64,000 bases of DNA from Nymphaea colorata. Taxonomy: Eukaryota. The DNA lies in contig NC_045138.2 in NCBI RefSeq assembly GCF_008831285.2, positions 25,730,001 through 25,794,000 on the forward strand, written 5' to 3'. The position numbers and the translations under genes were made by a program. The notes below the pieces were generated by a model that was not told the DNA's origin, made no database searches, and saw only the letters and a program-made list of their open reading frames with translations. Position 1 is the first letter of the stretch; each line of letters begins with the position of its first letter. Shown here one piece after another: positions 23,866 to 36,686 of this stretch.

Positions 23866-25283
23866 ATGATCCTTTGTCTTCTTGCATAGAAGACAGGCAA
23901 AGGCTAAGGAGAATCCTAATCTTTGTAGTCTGACATGTGTAAGTAATCTCCCATGACTGCCAATGTAAACAAACTGACAGGCATGCATGCAGTAAGGATT
24001 TGAAGTTTCAAATCCATTTCTGCCATTTCATCACAGTTCCCCTAGCTCGAATGTGCTCCCACATTTAAATACCGACATTTAAAGTGTATTTAGGTGGGGG
24101 TCAAAATTGAGGTTATTTAAAATCTATACTTGATCAAATGATGATTTCAAAGAGAAATGTAAATAACTACTCCCTTCAGGTTTTTTCAGAAAAAACTATT
24201 GTTTTAGTCTTATCACTCAAACACTAGCCAGATTTTAGATACACAAGACCTGATTTTCACAAAGGCATAACAATCTACATATTTATGATCTAAAAGGGGA
24301 CAAGTTTTTGTTGCATGGTCTTTTTTCTGTCGTTTGTCTCATTGAAAAGAAGATGATTCAGATTCTAACCAGTATTTTGATAATTACATTTCTTTCAACT
24401 TTATCTCAGATTATTCTGTTAAAATTACGCGTCCCAACACGTGGGACCATACAATCCTTTCATTTTAGATCAGAATATTAAAAGCCAAAAAGGCTACAAC
24501 CGAGAGGGATCACTGTTGAGTTGGTAGGCCACCTGCCCTCCCTAGTTCATCTAAAAGGAGGAAAAGGAAAAAGGGAAAAGAGAAAAGATCGCGTAGAAAT
24601 AAAAGGCTCATAGTAGATTTCAGGGCCCACATACCACCGCCTGAATCTGTCATGGCCGGACTGCCGTCGCCTAAGAACGGCCCAATCCAGCCGCCGATGC
24701 TTCAACAACACGAGGGGTCGTGATGAACAATGCCGTTGACGTGTTCCGTCCGGTCATGCTATGTTCCACGATCGCAAGCAAATCGCAGAGGCAAATTGAA
24801 GATACATGTCAACTAGGAGATAGATGCGCGAGATTTTATCAACTTGGTGGCATTCACAGGGCTACCATACTACAATGACGCCTTCCCTTCGCATCCACCA
24901 CCAGATGTGAAGGTTAAGTGGCAGAAAATGAAGCCCAAAAACGAAAAAGTTGCCGTGAGAAGCTCGATCTCATGCTATTGGACAGGAAACATTAAAAAAA
25001 GCCACCCTTACCTACTAAAGCTTTTCGTGTCGGCCCGTGAATTATAATCCATCTAAGCTGCATTTGGTAGAACGAAAGTTGGGATGCAAGGAAGACAAAG
25101 ATGCAAACGCCTGAAGTAGAGCAACCAAAAGGCTTGAGCATCTGATTTAAATATGTTCTAGTTGCACATAAGAGACTATTGATCACTAGCAGTGACATAA
25201 CCGTCTTGGTGCACAAAAGCTTATAAAATGTCATGCTTTGTCTTCTTTCCCACATGCTAGACTTGCTGGTAACGGATTTGATC

Positions 25284-25429
25284 GTTGGTGCCTAATCCTT
25301 TTTGTGCCTTTGCAGAGACAGAAATATAGTTAGTTGGTGCCTAATCCTTTTTGTGCCTTTGCAGACACAGAAATATAGTTAGTTGGTGCCTAATCCTTTT
25401 TGTGCCTTTGCAGAGACAGAAATATAGTT
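25284..25429. repeat. Minisatellite, 3 x 49 bp
   Basis: gttggtgcctaatcctttttgtgcctttgcagagacagaaatatagtta at 25284, 25333 and 25382. Confidence 0.95.
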
Positions 25430-28400
25430 CACATTGCAGCAGGTTTTGGAGTTCATTTATCTGTTGATTAGAAAATATGGAGCAGTTTTATCTAACAAAA
25501 GAGTTTTTTTTTTTTTGATAGATAAGAGTGCCGACAACCGGAGGTACTTGATTATGGAGAAAATGATACCTGACGGTCCTTACCTCAAGTATTTCTACGA
25601 ATATGGTTCAAGAGCAAATTCTGGATAGGGACGTAGACTCTCTTAAGACCAGCATCACAGTTAACTGGCGCTCAACTTTTACAAATTCGACAGAATTTAA
25701 GTTAGCTGAGAGTGCCAACAGGAAACACTCAGCAGGTCAAGAAATTTATTAACATGCTGAGTTATACATTCAAAACATGCTGTATTAACAGAAGGTGGCG
25801 GCGAGTTGAATATTAATCTGCAAGAACTGTTCCTCATGTGCAGAATTAGGACTTAACACTTCGAACAATGTAAATTATCATAAATACAACGTGTGAAGCC
25901 ACCAACTGCTTGTGGAACTATCCATGTACTAACCAGAAAAAGATAGTGCATTATGGAGCTAGAATTAGAATGAGCCTTATTTGGATATCTATCAAAGCTA
26001 CCAACGGTACCGAATCCTACAAGTTATCAACTAAAAATTTTGGCCATTCTGTCAGGTTACCTTGGCTTTCTAGAAGCATTTCAGCATCGTTTCCCTCTTT
26101 TTCACTTTTAGTTGGCTCCTAGTGCCCATCTCCTCCAAAATCATCCACCGCATCTTTATTTGGTCTTATCAAGCTATTCCTTGGCCTTCTAGATCATTTC
26201 ACCATATGATATGAATTTCTTATATTCTTTCCTCTTTCCAACTCTCCCCAAACCTCACCTCTGGAACCAAATCCACTCTTTTAAGCGTGTATGATCTTTT
26301 ACCGTTGATTACATTTTATTAACCAAATCTTTCAACATTTCAGATTATCTAACGGTTCTAACAAGAATCTTTCAACCATAACTAAAATATGAAAGCAGGT
26401 ACCGTGATCAAATAAAATCAGGCTTGCAGCAAAAAGATCCAACGGAAAACCAGGTAAACATGGTCCTATTGACATTAGACACGTAAATAGATTGGATATG
26501 ATTTTAGAGTCTTGGTTTACTTTCTTTCTTGTTCTTGGTGTACTGAATTTGAACCAATCCGATTTTGATGTAAAGTTATTCGAGTGCAGACCATTCACGT
26601 CCTGAAATATGATGATAATTACAAATAAGCACAATTCAAAAAAAAAAAAAACACAAGCATTCCGCATAAACTAATGGCAATCAATATCACCCTCAATGCT
26701 GAAAACACTACAATGGAGATTTGAACAGCGTAGGTCCATCTTCAGCATAGAAATGAATCCTTTTGCATTGACCAACGTTAAGCAACATTAATTGATTACG
26801 AGATTTTTTTACTTCACCTACAACTGTCTGTCCACTTAGCCACAATTTGAAAACGCTCCATTCAATGGTACATTATTCAGTGCTTCTAGTTAGAGGCCTA
26901 TCAGACATTTCTCAGACTGAGAAATTGAGAAATGTGGGAAGTAATGAAGAAAAAAATAAATTTAAAAAATGGACGCGAGAAACCCACTTTAGATGCTAAC
27001 ACTTTCAATTGCCATTTCTTAATTCAGTACTACCATGAAAGAGATCCTACAGATGGTACAGTGAAAAGTAAAGAATCTTCTTGAGCATTGGTGGATCTCA
27101 TTATGCTACAGACCTTATGAAGCATATCAAAGATAAGAAACTGAAATAAACCTACAAGAACTACCAAGGCCATGCAGGTATTGGCTAGGTGTGAAAACAG
27201 ATAAACTCAGGTGGTCCAGGTGCCACCAGTTAATACAATTACTATTGATAATGGTGAAAAATAGAGCAGCCAGCAAAAATGACAAGAGCCGCATACAGCT
27301 ATGACCTTCCTACTGAGCATCAAACAGACAACAAATAGCTGTTTCTAGATTTCATGTCAAAAGCACAATAATGACTCGACTCACTTGGATCAGAAAAACC
27401 ATGAACTATGAAACAACTCACAATAACTACAAACCTCTTGACAACTCTGATCGGGACTGCCTACTGAGCATCAAACAGACACAGGAAAGAAGAAAGACAA
27501 GCAAAGCATTTTTGCGCCTCATCAGGACTGGAATAAATGTAAGAGATGAATGAATCCAAGGAACAGAATGAAGAAAAAAAAACAGCATAATAAATACATT
27601 ATCGAGCACAAGTCACTGACATAGATACCCTGATCAAGATGGAAGCGAAGGTGTCATTAAAGACCTAAATGAATTTGAGACTATGGCCTTGGTTATGACA
27701 AAGGCTAATGACAATCAATAAGCTTACCACTCACTGCCATGCTTAATCGCTTCACTGCACTAGAAGAATATGTAATATTTCTGATACCTATGCAAGAAAT
27801 CCACCAATGGGAAAATTCTGAGTGAAAAATTCAAACAAAATGATCTTCTCATTCATTAACCAAGTGTTTCCATCAGAGCATCCCCCCTACGAGACACGCA
27901 TTACAGTCCTTTCAAACAGTCTACTCATTTCTAAAAACCACTTGAAGAAACTGCAAGAGATAACAAAATGGCAAAATCATCCAATGGATGACAGAGTCAT
28001 ATCACCACAGCACATGAAAGAGAGAGAATGCTTATGTTTTGCATCGACTTGGAAGGAAGAACCCTGCACACCATTGAACTGTTCTCTTTTGTATACTGTT
28101 GCCATTACCACTATATAGTTGAGAAGCACAAACCTCAAGCATTGCATTGTCAAGGAAGTCCTAAAAGGTAGAAGGAAAAGTATGAACATCATCTCTGCGG
28201 ACACTAACTAGTAACAAATTTCCATTTTTTTTTTCATGATTGATATGGAATCTCCAAGCCTACCACCGTCCTCTTGATCCATCAGCAAATTGGTGTTATG
28301 AACTTACTTTTATTAGCCATATAAAAAAAACGCAACATGAGATACACCATTCATAGGAAGAAATACTACAGGAAATTAAATAAATAGCATGAAAGAACAT

Positions 28401-28753
28401 GATTACCATAATACACCCTTAAATTACTGCAGACAGCACAAGGACAAGAGACTCAAATTAACTCATTAGGCAGGGAGGACCACCATTAAAGGAAAAAAAG
28501 AGAACCAAAAGGAATAAAAAATGAAAAAGGTAATCCGAGGGCTAAATAGCATGCATTCATCAAAGACATCAAATACAGACGTAAAGAGGCATTGACTAGA
28601 TAGAAATAGAAACTAAACATCATACATGCAGAACGGAAATCCAACTGCGCCACAAGGATTAATACGTTAAAGCTAATATCTTCTACACTTAACGGAGTAT
28701 ATATGTCTTCGAGTCACGGTAGTTGGCCCATGAAAACAGAATCCAGAGAGAGA

Positions 28754-28773
28754 TGACAGAAGAGAGAGAGCAG
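28754..28773 (-). promoter_or_regulatory. miR156/157 target site in the SPL 3' UTR
   Basis: Minus strand CTGCTCTCTCTCTTCTGTCA, 40 nt after the stop; complementary to miR156 UGACAGAAGAGAGUGAGCAC apart from two mismatches. Confidence 0.93.
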
Positions 28774-28813
28774 CATGCTTGAAGTGTGAGGGTTGCTGAA
28801 ACTATTCTGATTC

Positions 28814-29645
28814 TCATCTGATCTGGAAATGCTTGCAAGTGCGATTCCCCTGCAAGGTGATCTGCATCCTCCCCGCCTCCTCGGAAGGCCTGCAATGGTT
28901 ATCCTTCAGTTGGTGCCCGATTCCCCTTCTGCTAGTCCCATCCGTCTGAGAATCCACCGAATTCTTTCGCCTCCGCTCATTGTGCCCCGCCAGCCGCCTC
29001 CGGCAACTTCTCTTAGACTCATCGAACTCTGATATCTCGTGAAACCTTCACCCACAAAAATATTAGCAAGATACGCTATTCAGCACAGAGCAAGAATAGT
29101 AAGAGTTCAAAATCAAGCAGTATTTGTAGAAGGGGAAGGATGGTAGCAGTGAAGAAAAAAAAAACTTTCACAACCAACACAATTTAATCAGACAGCAACT
29201 GACCGAAAAATGAGCATTTCGACGAGAAGGGCGAAACAGAACAGAAGATCAAGCGGAATTCCCTGAAAAGCGAAGGTGATAAGCAAGAAAAACCAGAATT
29301 GCCAGGGTAGTACCTGCTACACTGCTGGCAGAACCGTTGCCGGAGGCCGGCGACCATGACGATGGCCGCTTTGGAGTGTGTCTCGCAAACCTTGTGCCTT
29401 CGGTGGTAGCGCTTTGCGGTGGTGAGGTCAGCACAGCAGTTCTCAGCCTGGCAGCATGGCGTCTGGCCGGAATTGGAACCCTTCCGGCCAAGCACGACGG
29501 TGGTGCTAGCCCTCTTCCTCTTCTCCTCCTCTTCCTCATCTTCCTCCTCCTCCTCCTCTTCCATCGCCACCTCTTGTTTCTTCTCCCTCTGCTTGCCCTT
29601 CCTCCCCTCTGATGCCACTGCCACCGTCGCTGCTTGCCTTTCCAT
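28814..29645 (-). CDS. SPL: SQUAMOSA promoter-binding-like protein, SPL3/4/5 clade, 187 aa, two exons (29645-29314; 29045-28814)
   Basis: SBP domain CQAENC...[11 protein letters not shown]...[36 protein letters not shown], acidic N-terminal tract, KHFQIR* C-terminus, GT-AG intron at the conserved position. Confidence 0.95.
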
Positions 29646-32600
29646 CCTCACAACCAGACGCCGTTGTGATGGTCGGTGAGGGATTCCGCTGCTGCTGCTT
29701 GTGCTCAGCTGATACACGAAGGGAGGAAGGGGAGAGGGCCACTGGGGAAGGAACGAATGAAGTGGGGTTGTAGGGTTTAATCAGAGGGAGAGAATTAGAA
29801 AAGGTGAAAAAGAAAGCAAGGACCACAAGAACCACCACCATTTCCTTGTGCGTTCCCTCCTCTCTCTCTCTCCCCCTCTCCGGCTTCTGATTTTTGTCTG
29901 CCCATGCCCATATTCATCCCCATCACGCATGTCACATTGTTAGATGACTTCATTTACCCATGATTGCGTCGTTATTAATTCAACAGATTTAAAAAAATAA
30001 ACATTTGTCACCCCTTGTTTTCTCCAAAATGAAGATCGTACCACTTGTCCAGTCGATTCTGCCTTCCTGACTATTACCAGTGGAAAAGAGCGTATTTTTA
30101 TTAGTTGTTAGATACTTCAATTTCTCCGTGAGATCTTCCAATCACATACTTTGTTTTCTTTTACTGTAATCAACTACTTCTCAAACAAACGTAATTCTGA
30201 ATTATAGATTAAACATGAAAAAGTGCTCTCTTTTCTAAAAACAATCTCACTGACAAACAAGCCAACTTCCTATAGAGTTTTAGAAATGACAAAAAACATG
30301 AACTTTACTTGCCTAAGCAGATCTTCAAGCTCAAGTAACTCTAGAAAGCGTTTCTTAACCATGGTTTGAAGAGAGCAGCATTCTTTTGACGAACGGAAAA
30401 TGGGGAGGTTTAGAATAGAAGGGAACAGCACCATCTTTCAGTTACTGCAGAAAAGGAAAGAATGGTGGTGACTGTTTTAGTAAATTCAGTATAAACAGAA
30501 AGATGCATCCATTATTGTGGGGAAGCCCCACTTGTACGCCTACCCAGCAGCCACAATTTGCAGGTCGAGGCCATGGAGAGAGATAAAACGGGGGGAGAGA
30601 GAGAGAAACCGTGAGGCGGGGCCGTACCCAAATCAACACTTGGCATCTTTCCACGTCTACTTTTACAGTAGCCTTTCCCCACATGGTCTTTCTTTCTCTT
30701 TTCAGTTTGCCTTTCTTTCTCTCTTGTTATTGTACCACTTACTCTCTCGTGGCCTTTCTGGATTTTACGGAGCGCCGGTTAGAAAGATCAAACCCCAATT
30801 TCACCGCGCAGGCAGCCTGGCATGAGTCCTTTTTTTCCATGTGAGGCCGTGCCGGGTCCCTGCACAGATTCGATACTGGGGACGCCTTAACCTGAGTTTC
30901 GCCGGTGATGCCAACCTCGGAAGGACTTGTGCAAGCCCGGTTCAGGACCGACGTATAATTACCATCCAATGGAAAGGATACGGAGAGCAATACGTGAAGC
31001 GGGAAGCGAGGCAGTGAATATTTTTGAAATAGATCACGAATAGGCAAATACAATTCAGGACGACGATGAGAAGCGGAGAATCGAATTTAATGCAGGGAAG
31101 CGAACTTTTACGACGATACTGATCGAGTTTTACGGTACCTGTTGTTCTGAAGTACTAATGGTTAAGAACGCCGTTCTGGTTGTACCTCCACCATACCAGG
31201 AAGGGTGAAACATTGATGGGGACTGTGCCGCATGTCCTTGTGCTTAGTTATTTTGATGTTTTTACATTGAAAATGTGCTATCATATTCATGACTGGAATT
31301 CGAAGCATTGTGAGCTTGGCCCAGCTTCTAATTGGAGATCTTCTCGTACCACACCGCCACCCATCGATGACCTGAGTAAGAGTCGATGGTGGACCTGAAA
31401 ACATGGAATTTTGATGGGCATGAAGGCTGATGTCTTTCTATTACAGAAGTAAGCACAGAATGGGCTTCATTCAACATTTACAAATAGAAACAACAATACC
31501 ATCATCTTTGTCGAAGTTCACCTTGGTTGAGACTGACCAAGACACGGGCAAAAAGGAACAACCATCGATCGAAAATATCTTACTTTAGTAAATAAAGTGC
31601 GGTTACTGCTATCTCCGTCATCGTTTGTGGCAACCAACGTAAAACTGTATAGTGTTCTAATAGGTTTTGTGACCAACACTGGTCTGGTTTGTGGACATGC
31701 CTTGTTTCTGTATTTTCTGGAAACCGATTGTTCATTCGCATTGACAAATTGTGCGTAATTTTTTTGGAATAAGCAGGATAAGAAGACAAAAGAGCTTAGA
31801 TGCTTTTTGAGAATAGCTTGTGAACAGTTGATTTTCACAATCTCACTCTTCAACTGTAGATACAGAAGTAAGAATATTAGCCTGATTCTCTGTTACTAGC
31901 ATTAAATTGGCAGGAAAATTTGGAGACTGTTCTTTGACAAAACGGAGAGATTTGATATGTGGGATGAATAATCGACATGATGGAACATAGATGCTACGGT
32001 TGTTGGCCACATGGTGTGGTGCCCATTAATATATTGATCTCCATTTCTCAAGAATCAGAGTCACATGTTGCATCTTTTCACGATAATTCCACTAAACATA
32101 AAAATTCCTTTACTGTCTTTAGAAATGAACAATCACATGACCTTGAGGATGCAAAAATCCATCAAAGTGTGGCAAAACTTGCGTTTTAGACTGGCGATTA
32201 AGAGTCATAACTGCTTGAATTTAAAACTGACTGCGAACCTAACGTCGGCTGGGTCCTTCATCTGAAAACTGGTAATAAGCCTGGCACCACTTTTTCCTGG
32301 GCAATGCTCCCGCTTTATGAATTTATTGAACGAGATGGCCAATAAGACATGTGATTTACGATTCGGCAGGTTACAGTAGTTGTTTGAAAATGAGTTAGGG
32401 TGGAAGAAGTAGCCTTTCAGTTTTTTCTTCTGATGAAATGGGCAGATTTTATTAAGCTGGTGAGAAGTAATCAGCAGCAAAAGTGAATTAGTAATAGGTT
32501 TTTCAGTTTTCGTTAGCGGAACTGGTGGCAGACAAGATGAATAAGCACTAGTTGTATCGCTTCTCAGTTTCCCTAGCACAGTAGCACCGTATAATAATAG

Positions 32601-33869
32601 CACCGTATAATAATCCTACTCATTTATAATAGTCCTCTCCATGCCATGGTATTTAAGTTTTCTGTTGAATTCCTCTTGATTCAGAATGAGCTTCAGTCGC
32701 CTCAAGGGGCATAGTCGGATGACCCTGATCCCATTATAAGTGACCCAATTCAAATCTGACTTGAGCATCAACGAGATTTAGGTTGTCCTATAATGTGTTT
32801 TTAATTTTGCTACAAAAGTTTTCAAAAATAATAATAATAATTAGATGGAAGATAATAATTGGATCTAAATATATGTGCACGAATATAAATATTGCAGGAT
32901 ATTGATATCGAACCGCTGCATGTGTTGGTCGGGTTCTTTATGTCAGAGTGCATGTGAGCTGTATCATTAAATGGTTTCACATATGTCACTGTTCCACAAA
33001 TAGAGGAAGATGGCTGGTAGGTTCGCTCCCTTAGCTTTCGTCTTCCAAATCTCAATGTCAATGTCGGCCAGAGTGCTTTCGTCGTTGTTGTTCTTTCATA
33101 TCTCTACATGGTTAACGGAAGATCAGATGGAAAGATCATTGTCTCGCGTTTTTGTAGGTTGTCTCACCTCTGTCTTCGCTATTAAGGAAGACAAAGATCC
33201 AGATGCCTTCTGTCTGTATAAGAGTTTATAGGGATTGGACGGATATGCATATTAGCTCTGAATGTTGGAACTCTTGGTTCCGACCAGGATCTTGACGTAG
33301 CATCACCCAGTAAACGTAAATCTGCAAGGGTAACTGACAACAGAAACAACAAAGGAAAAGAGAGATAAACAGTAAACCAAAATGGTGAGTTATTGTTGTT
33401 TACGGGGTTTGGTTCAAGGAGTCTTTAGGAGTTAATATCTCCATATATCTTTGAATGGGCTCTTAATATATTTGTAGATTCCCTAGTTTCCCCTTCTTAG
33501 CCAGCGAGCACAACTCTTGGATGTATCCCTTAAAGACACCTCTTGAAGGCAACTCACCTCATGGCCGTGTTCCAACACTGAAACCTAGCTACTTGTGAAC
33601 TCTCGGGTCCTAATATAACCGAAGTGAGACTCAAATATGCATCTGAATCCGATGAGGGTCTAATCAGATCTGGTTTCAGACTCAGATTCAGATGCTATTT
33701 CCTAAAACCGAATCCATATTCAACTCGCATATCATTCAACATTTATATGTATATGTAACCAGGTTGGTGCCATATGTTCAACTTGATTCAAATTTCAATA
33801 CGAAACTGCGTACCAAATTTGTATTCCTATTAGCCACATTGCGATTTCTCTATTAGTTTTGACCAAACG

Positions 33870-34250
33870 GATTAGAAAACATAAATGACCTACTAATTCT
33901 TCTAGTATTGCTTTCCTCCCTGGTTCTTTCGTTGCATTCTTTTCCCACACCTTCTCTCGCTGCTTCCCTAATGAACCTCTTCACTGCAACCTCCAAATTC
34001 TGCCCCCTCACTAATTCCTTGTTGGCCCCCCCCTTTGTTCTTGGCTTCTGTCCTAAGCTCACCCCCAATTCATCAGTACCAATGTTGAAGAGGCACTGAT
34101 CACGGCAGAGAATGGGGGAGGAAGGACTAGGAGGATGGGTGACGAAGGTCGTGATCAGTAGCGTTCTGCAGTATTATATTCCCTCTGCAAGTTCAACCAC
34201 GAAAGACCAGATGCCCTGCTGGTAGTGTGAAGAAGAGCACCACCTTCCTC
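33870..34250 (-). pseudogene. Highly degraded UGT remnant: N-terminus fused to C-terminus
   Basis: Minus strand gives KVVLFFTLPAGHLV / VELAEGI...LLITTFVTHPPSP, then about DQ...ELGVSL...ELVRGQNLEVAVKRF; roughly 1 kb of central CDS is missing. Confidence 0.7.
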
Positions 34251-35297
34251 CTCTTCTGCAGTATTATATTGATAACTCTAATTTGAATTAATACTTTGTG
34301 ATTTGATTGAGGCCAAAAGTCCAGATAGTGTGGCATTCAGCTGGTAGGGAGGAGCATCTTGGACACATTCTTAATTTCCCACAAGATAACAAGTAATGGA
34401 AGAAAATCAGATGATGCCAGCGAGAAGTCATGGTGTCTCAAAATCTTCCCAATTTCTCTCCACTAAGAAGAGCTCGATGGTACAAGAGAGTTGGTCCCGT
34501 CTGCCAACCTTTTTCTTTGTTAGTCCTTTTCTTAACAAATTTGAACACTATCAGCCATCAGGAAGGATTTTCACATGAGCTAAATGCAGGATTATCAACA
34601 CGAAAAAAGTGTAATATTCTTGTGTGCGCCGGCTGTGCCTGTTTTGTCAAACTCAGAAATAAAGATTTGCCACAATAATATTTCAGAGTCACTGAGCTTC
34701 CACAGTTTTCCAATGTGTAGTGAAGTCTCTCGAGGTACTGCCCACAACCAGTTGCTCGCTTCTTCATCTCGTGTTCTTCTGAACCAGAGAAGAACACCAT
34801 TCATGCATATAAACTGATGAGCCCCAAGCGTTTCACTGAGAACATGAAACCAGAAAGAATCTGTTCCTGTAATTCAACCAGTTGGGAGCATATTAAGAGC
34901 ATTACCTCAAAGCTTATGAACAAGTACCATTAAATATAACTTGTACAATCTGACAATGTAAATTGTGATGCAGACGACTGACTTTGATGTCGATTTCAAT
35001 TTGGAGTCTTAAATATCTAAAACTTGAACTTAAAACTTGACGTGCAAATCTAGACTAACCAACATACGAAAATTGAATATTAAGTTAAGACTCCGACGAT
35101 TCATTAGAAAATAAAATTGCACTAAGTATGAATCTGTACACAATTGAGTGAGATTTAATTAAGACGTCCCTTGGTCGTCGACAAGAGTACTCATCCCGCT
35201 TCCCATTGAGCTTCAGGCGGCCCACAAGGGACGACGGCGTACATTTGGTTCCAGAAAAAGGAACAGAACAGAAAAGAGAAGAAAAAGCCATGTCGTC

Positions 35298-36686
35298 TCA
35301 GTGAGGAACGGTTTCGATCCACTGTTGGACGACCGCTGCTAGATTGGCGTAAGAGGAACCGCGTCCTTCTTCCACCGCCCTTCTGGCCGACTCCTTCATT
35401 GCCTTCATCTTCTCCCTCGCCCTCGCACCTTCCTCCCCTTCCATCAGAGCCCTCACCGCCCTCCCCAACTCCTTTCCTCTAATCAACGTCCCTGCATCCA
35501 CCTCCTCACCCACCATTCTCAGCCCTAACCCCAAGCCGTTCACCAGCTCGAAGGCGTTCATGGCCTGCTCGGCGAACTGCGGCCACGCGACCATGGGCAC
35601 CCCGAACCACACGCTCTCCAGAGTCGAGTTCCACCCAAAATGCGACACGAACCCACCCACCGCCGGGTGAGCAAGTATCGCGATCTGAGGCACCCACGCC
35701 GGCGAAACCAGCCCGCGTCCGCTCGTTCTTTCCGCAAACCCGGCGGGCAGCACCCCTTTCAAGTCCACACCCACATGGCTTGACCGAACCCGCAGCGACC
35801 ACAAGAACCGAGCCCCGCTGAGCTCCAGCCCGCAAGCGACCTCCCTCACCTGCTCCGGCGAGAACGCGCTTATGCTGCCGAAGCACAGAAAGACGACCGA
35901 CGACTCGGGCTGCCTGTCGAGCCACTCGATGCACTCCCAGCCGTCCTTGGGTGCGCAGTCCAGGCCGAGCAGCGGTCCGACCGGGTGGACGGGAGGGGTG
36001 CGGCCTCCGGGCGTGCACAGTCCGTCGGCCAAGGCCGTCAGCGCCTTTTGCTCCAACTCGTGGAACGTGTTGACCAGCACCCCATCCAGCCGAGAGTAAA
36101 GACCGGTGGTTCTGAGGAACCAGGGGTGCGCGGGGTCATCCTTATCTTGAAGCGGTCCCGGGATGACCGTCGGCGGCACTGGCGACATCCCGGGGACTTG
36201 GATGTTGTCCTTCACCTCCTTGAGGGCGCGACCCTCGTATCTCTGGTTCAGCGTCGGCAGGTAGAGGGTCGCAGCCAAGCACGCCGCGCTCGACGGGTAG
36301 AAGACGAAGGAAGGGATCCCGAGCTCGGCCGCGGCGTCCATCACGGTGATGCAGAACATGTCGGCGACGAAGGCGGCAACGCCTGGAAGGGACGCGAGGG
36401 TTTCCCGGACATATGGCTTGTGGGTCTCTATGAAGCGCAGCAGGTGAACCAGGCCTTCCCCCTCTGCGGGCTCCGAGCGGGGGATCTCGATGAAGTCGAT
36501 GTCGAGGCCGGAAGCCGCGGCAGCGTTCACGTGGGAGTTGGTGGCAGTGGCGGCCGGGGGAGGATGGATGAGGAGGATGGTGATGGAGAGGCTGGGGGCG
36601 TGGTGCAGGATTCGCTTGGCCAGCTGGAGCATGGAGACCAAATGGCCGGCTCCGGGGGTCGGGAAAAGGACCACCCTCGCCTTCAT
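35298..36686 (-). CDS. UDP-glycosyltransferase, group E, 462 aa
   Basis: VVLFPTPGAGHL, ADMFC, PSPG WVPQ...HFGWNS...FAEQ; intact ORF. Confidence 0.93.
   Translation of the reverse strand: MKARVVLFPTPGAGHLVSMLQLAKRILHHAPSLSITILLIHPPPAATATNSHVNAAAASGLDIDFIEIPRSEPAEGEGLVHLLRFIETHKPYVRETLASLPGVAAFVADMFCITVMDAAAELGIPSFVFYPSSAACLAATLYLPTLNQRYEGRALKEVKDNIQVPGMSPVPPTVIPGPLQDKDDPAHPWFLRTTGLYSRLDGVLVNTFHELEQKALTALADGLCTPGGRTPPVHPVGPLLGLDCAPKDGWECIEWLDRQPESSVVFLCFGSISAFSPEQVREVACGLELSGARFLWSLRVRSSHVGVDLKGVLPAGFAERTSGRGLVSPAWVPQIAILAHPAVGGFVSHFGWNSTLESVWFGVPMVAWPQFAEQAMNAFELVNGLGLGLRMVGEEVDAGTLIRGKELGRAVRALMEGEEGARAREKMKAMKESARRAVEEGRGSSYANLAAVVQQWIETVPH

Noticed and set aside
25284..25429. CRISPR-like regular repeats
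   Set aside because: Head-to-tail units with no unique spacers; eukaryotic context; no cas genes
30034..31350. GTAC (SBP-binding core) cluster upstream of SPL suggesting autoregulation
   Set aside because: About seven 4-mers in 1.3 kb is close to chance expectation
34700..34810. Minus-strand VFFSGSEEHEMKKRATG as another UGT relic
   Set aside because: Similarity too weak and short to support
34814..34840. CTGATGAGCCCCAAGCG resembling a hammerhead ribozyme (retrozyme) core
   Set aside because: No closing stem II followed by GAAA, and no LTR context
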